A program made the translations under genes and the position numbers. Positions 48,534 to 60,326 of a stretch of 60,326 bases of DNA are shown piece after piece (position 1 is the first letter of the stretch; the number at the start of each line of letters is the position of its first letter). Under the pieces are notes generated by a model, which worked only from the letters and a program-made list of their open reading frames with translations, had not been told where the DNA came from and made no database searches. This stretch comes from Gekko japonicus. Taxonomy: Eukaryota. The stretch spans positions 23,558-83,883 of the forward strand of contig NW_015169926.1 of assembly GCF_001447785.1 (NCBI RefSeq), read 5' to 3'.

Positions 48534-50401
48534 TCTAGACTGCTGTGTATACCTTACTGTATGTAGGATCCTATTTTATAATTCTTGTACTGCTTAATTA
48601 TTCAAGTTAATACTTATGCTATCCTTCTGCTTTTTCTGGTTCCAGACTTCTACAAGCTGAATGCATTAGTTAATGAGAGTCTCATTTTTTGTGATTGTGC
48701 TGGCTCACTATCCTTTGAGTCCCCCGAGAATGGTTGACTATAAATCATGTAAATAAATAAATACATTACTGCTCAGGTTAATTTGAAAGAAAGGCTATTC
48801 CTTTTTCAATTTTTTCCCCATGATGACTTTATTATACATCTATGATAGGAGCTGTATAATTCCACCCAGGAATTCACCCACAGTCTTTAGTTGTTGTGTC
48901 TACACTATAGCTGGCAGACAGGAAGGGAATTGAAATAGCAGCCAATGAGTTCTAAGCACAGACAATAAAGCTCTTGGTTCTTCAAATGAGTCTGGTGGAA
49001 GCAGGACAATGGCTTACTACCTCACACACCGCTGCCCGGTCACATCCGGAAGGTACTGAGACCAGGGATGTGCACAGACAGGATCACCATCGAAACTTTG
49101 TGATTAATCTTGGTTGGTTCGTGGATCACAAACTGAAACTTGTGACAGGTCAACCAGCACAAACTTTCCTTGAACTTTCAAGCATTTCTGGTGGTTCATG
49201 AATGGAGTCTGATGTCTCAAGCTTGAACAGGGTCTGTTCTATACACTCCTGAACTTCCTGAATGTGTGCCTGGACTTTCCTGGAGGGACCATCTTTGGGG
49301 GGGGGCATAACTCAGATCCCATAAATGTAATCCTCATGAAACTTGGAGGTTAGGTAGACCAGAGTCTCCTGGAGATCCCCTGCAAGGTTGATGCCTCCAA
49401 CATGCTGTGGGCATTTTACCACCATCACAAACCTCACCAACTGAACTGGTTTGTTTGACACCTAAAAATTCAAGCTGCTTTGTGACACCATGAACTACAA
49501 ACCAAAATTAACTGCATTTTCCCGGTTTGTGCCCATCCCTTTGGAACAGGAATGGATAAAAGGTTTATCCCATGGGGGGAGGGAGAAAGAGGTTTTTTTA
49601 AGGGCACAAAGAAGAAGCTGTGTAGCCAAGATGGACCTAAAGACCTAAAGACTCAATCTTGGCCACATGGCAAGGGACAATGGAGAGAAGTCTCAACCAA
49701 GAGAACTATGTTATGTGGTTATGTGTTTCTCCTGTATTGAATAGAGTCAACCTGTTAACCCCTAAATAATATGATGTTGGCTCTACAGTCCTAAGTGCAT
49801 ATCTGCATTCCTCTGTGTGCGGTCAAGAGGTCAAGAGCAGAGTTGATATTTCCTGCAATATATAGAAAATGCATGTTCAGTGACTCCGGGAAGGCGACAC
49901 TCCTCCTCAGGGTCCATCTACAAATTACGAAGTCCTTTTGTTTGCTGGGGGACAGCAATATGAGGATTTTGCACCTCATATGCACCGATCTAGATAGGAA
50001 CACCATACAATAGCTGAGTTACAGATATAGCCTTCCATACATGAAGGGCCTCAGGGACATGTTGACCACCATGAATGTAAAAAAAAAAAGGGCAGGAGAG
50101 AGAGTTCAGGACACATCTATATGCTGAGCATGAAAGAATTGCTTCTAACGGTCATATCCTTGAGAGGAAGAGATAGGAAGATGATCATGTTTGCTCAGTT
50201 TGATAGCCAGAATCTTCTAGACTCATGTGATGCAGCTCCATGTGATTCTATGAACTGGAGAATGGGTAAGGTTTATTTACTCCTGTAGACCTACCAGAAT
50301 TCTTGTTTAACTTCACCTTTAATGCTGAGAGCCTTTTTCCTTAACCTGTTATCTGCATTGACTTATGGTGTCCATTGACTTATGGCATCTTCTCCTATTG
50401 C

Positions 50402-50862
50402 CTGCATTGACTTACAGAGTGCATTGACTGACAGTGTCTTATCCTGTAGTCTGCATTGACTTACAGTGTGAATTGACTGACAGTGTCTTATCCTGTTGTC
50501 TGCATTGACTTACAGAGTGCATTGACTGACAGTGTCTTATCCTATTGCCTGCATTGACTTACAGAGTGCATTGATTGACAGTGTCTTATCCTGTAGTCTG
50601 CATTGACTTACAGTGTGAATTGACTGACAGTGTCTTATCCTGTTGTCTGCATTGACTTACAGTGTGAATTGATTGACAGTGTCTTATCCTGTAGTCTGCA
50701 TTGACTTACAGAGTGCATTGACTGACAGTGTCTTATCCTATTGCCTGCATTGACTTACAGAGTGCATTGATTGACAGTGTCTTATCCTGTAGTCTGCATT
50801 GACTTACAGTGTGAATTGACTGACAGTGTCTTATCCTGTTGTCTGCATTGACTTACAGTGTG
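50402..50862. repeat. 49-bp minisatellite, ~9.5 copies
   Basis: CTGCATTGACTTACAG recurs every 49 bp from 50402 to 50843. Confidence 0.93.
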
Positions 50863-52647
50863 TAATTTATTTACATTAGTTTTAGTCCACCTCTGACTAT
50901 GCAGTGTGTATAGTCTCAGGTGGACTATGAATAATGTAAATAAATGATCATGCTTCATTGAAGCATGGAATCCCCAACTCCTTCCGTGTGGAAATCTCCG
51001 TCACAAGTCTTGTTGAGGTCATTACTATTTCTTACCTTCAGATTTGATCTGCTTTTCTCAGGTTCCCCTTCAGAGACATGAACTGTTCCATTTTATTTTC
51101 TGTTCATTATTGTTTTTAAAATTATTGTTCTTGGATTTGATTTATTACACCTGCTCACTCCTTTTCTTAAGTTAGGTTTTATTTCCATTGACTTTGGGGA
51201 TGTGATTTTTCTAGAGTCAAAACTCCTTTTGCCAGACCTTTGACTCTCAAAAACTTATTCCACCAAAATCTTGTTGGTCTGTGAGGGGCTCCTGAATTGG
51301 AATCCAGCTCTTCTACGGTAGACCAACATGGCTGCCCTCATGAAACTTATTGTAGGTCTGTAAAAGATTAATGTGAGAATAAATTAGCTTTCCCTTTCTA
51401 TTTCTATGTGAAACTACACGGCAAGAGAAGAGCCAGCCAGATGTTATCTACAGGTTTTTATTGGCATTAGAGATAAGGCCATTCACAAGGTTATAGATAG
51501 GGAATTTGAGTAGCACAGCATTGGTACAATGAATACGTAATCATTCTGTATCATTATTATTACTTGGATACTTGCTGAATATTTTACAATACAGATAAAA
51601 AGCATCTGGTACATGGAACTTTCAGGGGAAAGAGTAAGTCTGCTATTCTGGACGTGCTTTCTAGAGAGGAAGATCCACTGAACTCAACACACACTTACGT
51701 GTGAGCAAGCACACATAAGATTTTACAGCTTAAACAAGAAAGTGTAAAATCCTGCTCAACCAACCTGCATTAAATTTGCCCAGCAGGTGCCCAATGTATC
51801 TCTCTAATTTTCCACCGGCCTACAACTGTCCGGTTGTATTCTCAGTAAACTCTCCTACCCCAAGTTGTAATGGGCAAGGAACCCCAAAGGAAAAAAAATA
51901 CATATGGGAACAAGGAAACAGAGGTTTCTAGGAATGCTGGGGAATTAATTCAGCTAGGAGTTGTGTGACTTGGTTGTGATCTTCAGCCCTGGATTAACCA
52001 ATGAACAAAATCAGAACATCCTTAGGGCACCAATGGAAGGGGGGCACCAAGGAGTTTTTCCCCACAACTGTCATGCCCTTAACTCTTTCACTGCCACACT
52101 CGACTCGGGTCGATTTTTTTTTGCAATTGTCTTTATCTGCTGTGTTCGACTTGAAAAATGCCACCAGATATCACATTTGTTTCTGTCTCATGGCATGAGT
52201 GTTTCACTTCCGTCTTCTCAGTTGTGCAATGGAATGGCCAACAGGCATCATTGCTGGGCAGTCTTTAGGACATCAATTGGCCTTAATCCAGCCCTGGTGT
52301 GGTCGCACCCCTGGGCAGAAGTGCCCAAGGAGGGAGTGCTGTAATGATTCCTTTCAGGGGGGCTGGCTGGCTTGATTTGACTCGGTGGGAGGAACATATC
52401 TGGATTCCAGTTGTATATGGCAGGGAAGAAGGATTGCAGAATAGTACTCAAGCCATTCTAAGGCCTTTGTTCTCAGTTGCAGTGGTGTTATGACTTTTCA
52501 AGGTTTATCAGGGGGCTGTCCGGAGACAGAGTATTCATTCAAAAAACTTTGATATATAATCTGTCATAACCCTTCAGGTTTTTCTTTTTGTGTCATAGGA
52601 GCATAATAGAATCTGCCTGTGACAAAGGAAGAAGCTTGGAATGGGCA

Positions 52648-53650
52648 TCATAACTGGGTTTCAACTGGAGCTTCCTCAAGGCAGCCTTCTTCCTCCTTGA
52701 AAACCTTCTGGAAGATCATCTTCATGCTCTCCCTCTGTCTAGACCTCCATTGTCTGCCAACCAGGATATAAATAGCTGGGTTTACACTGCTATTTAAACA
52801 GGCTAATACTATTGCTCCATCTGTTACGTATTCTGATAAGTCAGTGAAAATGTCGACGATGTATTTGACATTCAATGGAAAAGCAAAGAGGAGGAAGAAG
52901 AGAAGAGTGAGCAAGACGATGGTCAAAAGCTTCCCCCTCCGATGCTGTTTTGTTTTCAAACAGACTTTGATGAAGAGGGCCCCAGTGGCAATCATCATGA
53001 CCGGGAGGCACAGCAGGGCATTTGCAATAAACTGGTAGTATTCTTCCATGCTCACTGTTTCATTTAAATAAATAAATACGAGAGTGTAGGTGATTGTAGT
53101 AAGCAGGAAGGAGAGAACCCAAATTAGTGCACATACGATGGCGGACAAATGTGGTGGCCGGTGGCATCGGTGCCAAAGTGGGAAGAAGACGGCCACACAC
53201 CTGTCAATGCTGATAGCCGTCAGGAGAAATTGACTAGTGCTGTACGTTGATAGGAATAGGAACAAGAACACTAGGTATGTAATCTTATTTACATAAAAAT
53301 AATAATACCTAAATGCTGTCCTCATATCAAAAACAATAAATGGAACCGATAGAAGGACTCCCAGATCAGCGACGGCCAAGTTCAGGATGAAGGTGCTGAA
53401 AGGATTCCTCTTAATGCGGAAGCCGAGAAGCCAGATGACAATCCCGTTCCCCACGGCTCCGAAAATGCAGATGACCAATACGGAGATATGAATACCTACA
53501 CTATTATCAATACTATTGTGGCTTCCATAATCAGTGGTATTATGAGATGAAATCTCTTCTGAAACATTCCCATAATTGATACTGTCATATGGGAAAGAAG
53601 AGTAAGTATAACTTGGGTCATCATAATGATCATTAGTTATGATGCTCAGT
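52648..53650 (-). pseudogene. Mas-related GPCR paralog E: full 7TM frame open but start codon deleted
   Basis: The frame is open from ~53650 to the stop at 52648. Relative to paralog B, the 40 bp equivalent to 13710-13749 (containing the ATG) is absent at 53631/53632. The track start at 53478 is TTG; the first in-frame ATG lies after TM2. Confidence 0.75.
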
Positions 53651-55015
53651 TTCTTCTTTCAGGATTCTGGTCTTGACTTGTCTTTACATTTCTGTTAGGA
53701 GAAAGGAAACAATGAACGATTCAATTCTTGTTTTTTGTTATCCCCCTCCCCCCGTGACACTCAGAATGGAGATGGAAGAAGAGGAAGAGAGGATATTACC
53801 AGAAAAAAAAGGTAAACTAAGTAGATCCAGTTCACATTCATTGCAGGCATGGCAGGATATAAATAGAAAACAATCAATCAATAAATAAATTCAGATTGCA
53901 GTGAGGAGGAGAAGAGGAAGAAGAGATTGGATTTATACCCCGCCCTTCCCTACCCAAAGGTGTCTCAGGGCGGCTTACAATCTCCTTTCCCTTCCCCTCC
54001 CCACAACAGACACCCTGTGAGGTAGGTGGGGCTGAGAGAGCTCTTGTTGTTTTGAAAACGCATGTCTAAAAGTTTCAGGCTGGGGTTGCTGAAGTTTTCA
54101 GCCTCGTGTTCCTCAATCCATTTCAAAATGGGGTGTGGTTGCTCCATTGTGGCTCCCACCTTACAGGCAACTAAGCACTGAGGCAACTCTTCCTGACCTC
54201 TCATGATCTGCCAAAGTTCACAGAATCAGCACAATACTTGCAGATGGTGGCCATGGCTACCACATCACACTGCTGACTCATGTTCAGTATAAGATCTACT
54301 AAGTCTACTAAGTCCACAAGATTCTTAGCCAGTTAGTTCCTTGATCTTCTGAATNNNNNNNNNNNNNNNNNNNNNNNNNNNNNNNNNNNNNNNNNNNNNN
54401 NNNNNNNNNNNNNNNNNNNNNNNNNNNNNNNNNNNNNNNNNNNNNNNNNNNNNNNNNNNNNNNNNNNNNNNNNNNNNNNNNNNNNNNNNNNNNNNNNNNN
54501 NNNNNNNNNNNNNNNNNNNNNNNNNNNNNNNNNNNNNNNNNNNNNNNNNNNNNNNNNNNNNNNNNNNNNNNNNNNNNNNNNNNNNNNNNNNNNNNNNNNN
54601 NNNNNNNNNNNNNNNNNNNNNNNNNNNNNNNNNNNNNNNNNNNNNNNNNNNNNNNNNNNNNNNNNNNNNNNNNNNNNNNNNNNNNNNNNNNNNNNNNNNN
54701 NNNNNNNNNNNNNNNNNNNNNNNNNNNNNNNNNNNNNNNNNNNNNNNNNNNNNNNNNNNNNNNNNNNNNNNNNNNNNNNNNNNNNNNNNNNNNNNNNNNN
54801 NNNNNNNNNNNNNNNNNNNNNNNNNNNNNNNNNNNNNNNNNNNNNNNNNNNNNNNNNNNNNNNNNNNNNNNNNNNNNNNNNNNNNNNNNNNNNNNNNNNN
54901 NNNNNNNNNNNNNNNNNNNNNNNNNNNNNNNNNNNNNNNNNNNNNNNNNNNNNNNNNNNNNNNNNNNNNNNNNNNNNNNNNNNNNNNNNNNNNNNNNNNN
55001 NNNNNNNNNNATCAC

Positions 55016-55683
55016 TGTTGCAGGGTTGTGAATGGCTAACAGGCCTGAGCCACTCGTGACCCCTTTTTCCTATAAGAACCTATGTTCTTGGTAACTATGC
55101 CAGTGGGCTCTTGGAGTATTTTGGCCAAGCCTGGTCAATACTTCAAGCAACCCGCCATAATGCCATGATGCTTGGAATTATCCTCCTAAGGGAAGATGCT
55201 GTGTGGACTTGTACTTTGTGTCTTTGGACTTTGTTGCACCTTTGAACCTATTACGGGTAAAACTGCTTGTACATGCTTGTAAGTATTAGCTATGCTGGAA
55301 AAGCTTAGAGTTTGTTGTTTTGCTTCCTCACTACCTTAAGTCTCGTGTTTTATATAACTTTGCACAATTTTATTTAAATAAAGAAATTTATATTTTTACC
55401 TTTGTCTGGGTTACTTAGCCTTAAGAGTTTCAAAGCCTAAATCCTCGTGCCTTAAAGACTGCTGTTCTTCCTACTACCAATTTTGTCTTTTTGCTCAAAC
55501 TCTGTGGTGGAGGCTACAGAGCTTGTTCTGTGAATGGTGTTCCTGTATTAAGCCTGGAGACTTCCGTTACTTTGCTCCTGGCTGGGTGGGAACCCACAAG
55601 TAATGTGGTGGCAGACTACTGGTTTTGTGTTTTGTTCCTTGTAACCCAACCTGAGGTTCTGGAGAGGACCTGGGGTCATGACA
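55016..55683 (+). mobile_element. Possible solo LTR
   Basis: TG..CA, AATAAA at ~55378, flanks ATCAC/ATCCC; abuts a gap. Confidence 0.4.
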
Positions 55684-55908
55684 ATCCCTTCATCCAAATC
55701 ATTTATAAAGATGTTGAACAAAACAGGTCCCAGGACAGATCCTTGAGGCACTCCACTTGTCATTCCTCTCCATGAGGATGAGGAACCATTAACAGGTACT
55801 CTTTGGGTGTGATCCATCAACCACTGACAGATCTACCTAAAGGTAATATGATCCAAACTACATTTTACCAACTTTTCAACAAGAATATTATGTGGAACCT
55901 TATCAAAT
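55684..55908 (-). mobile_element. CR1 RT fragment
   Basis: [24 protein letters not shown]. Confidence 0.8.
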
Positions 55909-56381
55909 GGTGAGGTTAATTTGAAATAAAGGCCATTACTCTTTCATTTTCCCCTGATTTTAAACTATTATACGTATATGGTTATAGCTGTATAATTCCA
56001 GTCAGGAATTCACTCATGGGTTTCAGTTATTGTGACTACACTCTGCTCCTCTTCAGACTTACAGCTGGCAGACAGGAAGGGGGCTGAAATCTGGAGCCAA
56101 CAATATCCTAGCACAGACAATCGAGCTCTTGGTTAGGGAAATGAGTCTGGAGGAAGTAGGACAATGGCTTACTACCACGCACGCTGCTGCCAGGTCATAT
56201 CCAAAAGGGACAGAAACTTGGGATGGGCATGAACTGTAAAGTTTACTATCAAGTTTCATGTAAATACTAGAGCGCCACCACAGCATGTTGGCATCACTTT
56301 CCCTTTTTGCTGGAAATGTCATAGAAACATGAGGAATTCTGAATATGGTAGGCCTCCCACCTTTCAAAATCTCCCACCAGT

Positions 56382-57040
56382 CTGTTAGAGAATAAGCCTG
56401 ATATTTGCTTTATGGACTATTTATTGCTACACACAATGGACTGTGCACACACACATAGGCTCAGAAAGCTGTACACTTTAGGTCACCTGTTGTGATGCCA
56501 CACATAGAGGGTGCCTGCACATACCTTACATGAAAATAAGGTTTCAGCTGCACAGTTGCCCAGCCTGGTGAAGAAGCACAAACCTCCATTATTGTGAGCA
56601 ATGAGAAACAACAACTCTAGGAAGAGACAGCCCCCATGACAGAGCTGCTTGTAGTTAAGTACTACCCATCACCTGCTTTGTTCCTGAGATGGAATTTCTT
56701 GCCATATGGACATTTGGTTATCAAAGCAATTGGCCAGCTTCATCAGCACGACAATGGAGCATCCTGATGCCTAGATTTCACACCTGTCCAGATGCCATAC
56801 TCTGAGTAAGGTTTTAGGTTACAATATTGGCCACCCCTCTTAGGTAACCTCCCCTTCCCACATGCAACCAATAGGATTGTTTTTGGGACGGACTAACAGG
56901 TAGGTGGGTCAAGAGGTTGGCACAGTTACCACCCATCTCTTGGACCTCCTATAAAAGGAGAGAACCAGTCACCTGGCCCCTCCTACCTGGCTAGATAGCA
57001 TCTCCACTGCAACAACCCCTGTCTCCTTTTACCCCTCTTA
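56382..57040 (+). mobile_element. Truncated LTR of the same broad family
   Basis: TGTTAG start, shared TGGACTGTGCA and AACAACAACT blocks, TATAAAA at ~56950; no 3' end seen. Confidence 0.55.
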
Positions 57041-59551
57041 AGCAATGACTATAGTACAAAACTACAGTTGAAGAAAGCTCTAGTTCTCGGATCGAGATCT
57101 AGATGGGAAGGAAGCACGATAAAGTGCATTTCGTTCTTTCACCTTATTGGAACTTCATTCTAAACCACTAAAGACCAAGGGCAGGGGAGAGAGTTCAGGG
57201 CACATCCAGATGTAGAGCAGAAAGAATTACTTCAAGCAGTCATATCCTGGAGAGGAAGCGATAGGAAGATGACCATGTTTGTTGAGTTTGATAGTCAGAA
57301 TCTTGTAGACTCACATGATACAGCTACGTATAGGGCAGGAACAGGGAGAGATCAGAAAAGTCTAAGAACTGGGGAATGAGTAGGGTTTATTTACTCTTGT
57401 AGACCCACCAGAATATCACTGGAGGGCAGGAGACATTTGCATTTTCCAATTATTTTTATCCATCTCAAGGTTGTAAAATCGTAGCCAAAAAAAGAAGTAG
57501 AGAAAAATATAAATAAAGCAAAGGTCAGGAGCGTGCTCTTAGGTGAACTGCAGTTATATGATTCTCCCGCCAACCTGTTAACCCCGGAATGCATTGATCC
57601 TGGCTCCCCAGGCCTATGTACATATCTGCATTTCTCTGCCCCATTTGAACCTGGGGCACAGTCCTGGCCATTGCTTTGTTTTTATTTTTCTCTTTTGTGT
57701 GTGTGTTACGATTTTACAACCTGGATAAAAAAATAATTGTAAAACTGTGTGTGGTCAAGAGCAGAGTAGATATTTCCTGTAGTACATAGAAAATTCTTGG
57801 TTTGTGGCACAAGGAAGGAGACACTGCTCCTCAGGGTCCACCTACACATTAGGAAGTCACTTTGTTTGCTGGCGAACCACATGAGGATTCCGCATCCCAT
57901 GTGCACCAACCCAGATAAGAACACCATACAATAGCTGGGTTGCAGATGTAGCCTTCAGTACATGAATGGCCATGGACATTTTAAAAAAGGGTACTGCAGC
58001 AGTACTGAGATATTTGGTTAATATAGCAGGGTTTGCCCAGTCATAGAAGCAGGGCTATTTTTGGGCAGGAACACACAGGAACAGAGTTCCGGCTGGCTCC
58101 TGAGTTGGCCACACCCAGCAGGAACTCATTAGCATAATAGGCCACACCCAACAGCAGAAACTCATTAGGTTTGGCTACATTAGGGGTGTGTGGCCTAACA
58201 TGCAAAGGAGTTCCTGCTACAAAAAGCTTGTGCCCTGAGGACAACAAAGGAAACACAATAAGTAAAAGGTANNNNNNNNNNNNNNNNNNNNNNNNNNNNN
58301 NNNNNNNNNNNNNNNNNNNNNNNNNNNNNNNNNNNNNNNNNNNNNNNNNNNNNNNNNNNNNNNNNNNNNNNNNNNNNNNNNNNNNNNNNNNNNNNNNNNN
58401 NNNNNNNNNNNNNNNNNNNNNNNNNNNNNNNNNNNNNNNNNNNNNNNNNNNNNNNNNNNNNNNNNNNNNNNNNNNNNNNNNNNNNNNNNNNNNNNNNNNN
58501 NNNNNNNNNNNNNNNNNNNNNNNNNNNNNNNNNNNNNNNNNNNNNNNNNNNNNNNNNNNNNNNNNNNNNNNNNNNNNNNNNNNNNNNNNNNNNNNNNNNN
58601 NNNNNNNNNNNNNNNNNNNNNNNNNNNNNNNNNNNNNNNNNNNNNNNNNNNNNNNNNNNNNNNNNNNNNNNNNNNNNNNNNNNNNNNNNNNNNNNNNNNN
58701 NNNNNNNNNNNNNNNNNNNNNNNNNNNNNNNNNNNNNNNNNNNNNNNNNNNNNNNNNNNNNNNNNNNNNNNNNNNNNNNNNNNNNNNNNNNNNNNNNNNN
58801 NNNNNNNNNNNNNNNNNNNNNNNNNNNNNNNNNNNNNNNNNNNNNNNNNNNNNNNNNNNNNNNNNNNNNNNNNNNNNNNNNNNNNNNNNNNNNNNNNNNN
58901 NNNNNNNNNNNNNNNNNNNNNNNNNNNNNNNNNNNNNNNNNNNNNNNNNNNNNNNNNNNNNNNNNNNNNNNNNNNACTGATGCACGTCCCCAAACTGGCT
59001 CACCCTTAAAGGGATGTAGCCCCCCCCCCCCCAATGTCCACGCATGCTGGGCTGCTCACTCCAACAAACAGACGTGCTGCAACTGACCAAGTTAAGTGCA
59101 TATTTTCATCAGCTTGACCAACATTTATTATATTAAAAATTTACTCCCAAATATCTGCTCTATTTTCCACTCAAAGTACTCTCTTGAGCTGGTTTTAGCA
59201 CCACTGCGCAACAAACATTTCTGACATGGGTACCGTGGAGCCAGGCTGAGCTCCGTGGGAAAGCTTGGAGTCTAAAGCTGTATGCTGTGGTTGCAAACAG
59301 AGAAGAGCTGGCAGGCACCAGGAAGGCACCCAGAACTCCCATCACACACTTAGTACACGTCCCTTGTCCTGTCCCTCAACAAACACGAGGAGCCTGTCGA
59401 TGGAGCCTCACATAATCTTGGCCTGCCATTTAGGAGAGGCACTCTAATGAGACGGGGGAAGTACTGATGGCGACACAGAGAGAGCTGAGGAGGGGATCTT
59501 TGACTTCCGAAACCTTGTGCCCTGAGGATCTTGTGGGTCTCTAAGGCGCTA

Positions 59552-59897
59552 AAAGGTAAAGGTTCCCTTGCTCGAAAGCCAGTCGAGTCCAACTCTAGGG
59601 TTGCGGTGCTCATCTCCGTTTCCAAGCCAAAGAGCCAGCGCTGTCCGAAGACATTCCCGTGGTCATGTGGCTGGCATGGCTAAACACCAAGGCGCATGGA
59701 ACGCTGTTACCTTCCCACCAAAGTGGTACCTATTTATCTACTTGCAATTTCTTGCTTTCGAACTGCTAGGTTGGCAGGAGCTGGAAGTAGGGATGGGAGC
59801 TCACTCCGTCTTGCGGCGCCCAGGTCTCAAACGGCTGAACTACTGACCTTCCATAGCCTGCAGTTCAGCATCTTAACCACTTGAGCCACCACAGCTA
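59552..59897 (-). mobile_element. Sauria SINE
   Basis: Reverse complement of the 27963 copy; TSD CTAAGGCGCTA. Confidence 0.87.
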
Positions 59898-60326
59898 CTA
59901 AGGCGCTACGGGACTCTAATTTAATGGTTCTACCAGAGACTTGCACAGATACCATCTGAAACGAAGAGAACTGAGCTAAAATGTGGAAACTGGAATCAGA
60001 GAAAGGGAAGGAGAGAGAGGAACAGGAGCCTTTGAGGGAGATCAGCTGAATAATGGGATATGGTTAGAGACTGTCAATAACCCAGGCAAACATCTAGTTT
60101 CAGAGGGTAACCATTTTGGCCTGCTGTAGAACAGCAGATTTGAGTCGAGTAGCTACTTCGAGACCCCACAAGAGTTTTGGGGAAATCTTGTGGGTCTCTA
60201 AGGCGCTCCGCTCAGATCCAGGCTTGTATATTCCCCTTATTTAAAACATCTTATCCACCCAATCTAGGTAAAGAATTTTTCAAAGGTAGCTGTGGATCAT
60301 CTTTGATACATTAATTTTATTTTATC

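Noticed and set aside
50402-50862. Regularly spaced repeats as a CRISPR-like array (also 22368-22671)
   Set aside because: Eukaryotic context, no unique spacers; these are plain tandem repeats.
54308-59090. Long ORFs containing X runs (also near 64-512, 19486-19863 and 32419-32814)
   Set aside because: Artefacts of translating through N gaps.

Overview
Vertebrate genomic DNA from a squamate reptile: Sauria SINEs, BovB and CR1 are present, and the repeat set looks gecko-like (inference). The window is a tandem, minus-strand cluster of five Mas-related GPCR (MAS1/MRGPR family) paralogs with single coding exons. Three have intact ORFs (2146-3090, 12741-13724, 26273-27241). One has lost its ATG to a 40-bp deletion (52648-~53650). 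One is destroyed by a complex L1 insertion (42703-47722). Each gene lies in a duplicated unit of roughly 10-15 kb, heavily loaded with LINEs, SINEs, solo LTRs, MITEs and Helitron-like ends. The most unusual structure is the 4.4-kb insertion at 43021-47460: two different L1 lineages are joined head-to-head with an A-tail at each end, an 83-bp piece of the target gene sits inside one L1, and ~335 bp of the target is deleted. Other notable signals are conversion mosaics among paralogs, a DRC-to-NRC receptor variant, a MITE inserted at a stop codon, a start-stop uORF shared by four paralogs, an orphan upstream module, and a duplication across an N gap with reciprocal TE insertions. All calls come from reading the sequence by eye; no database searches were run.
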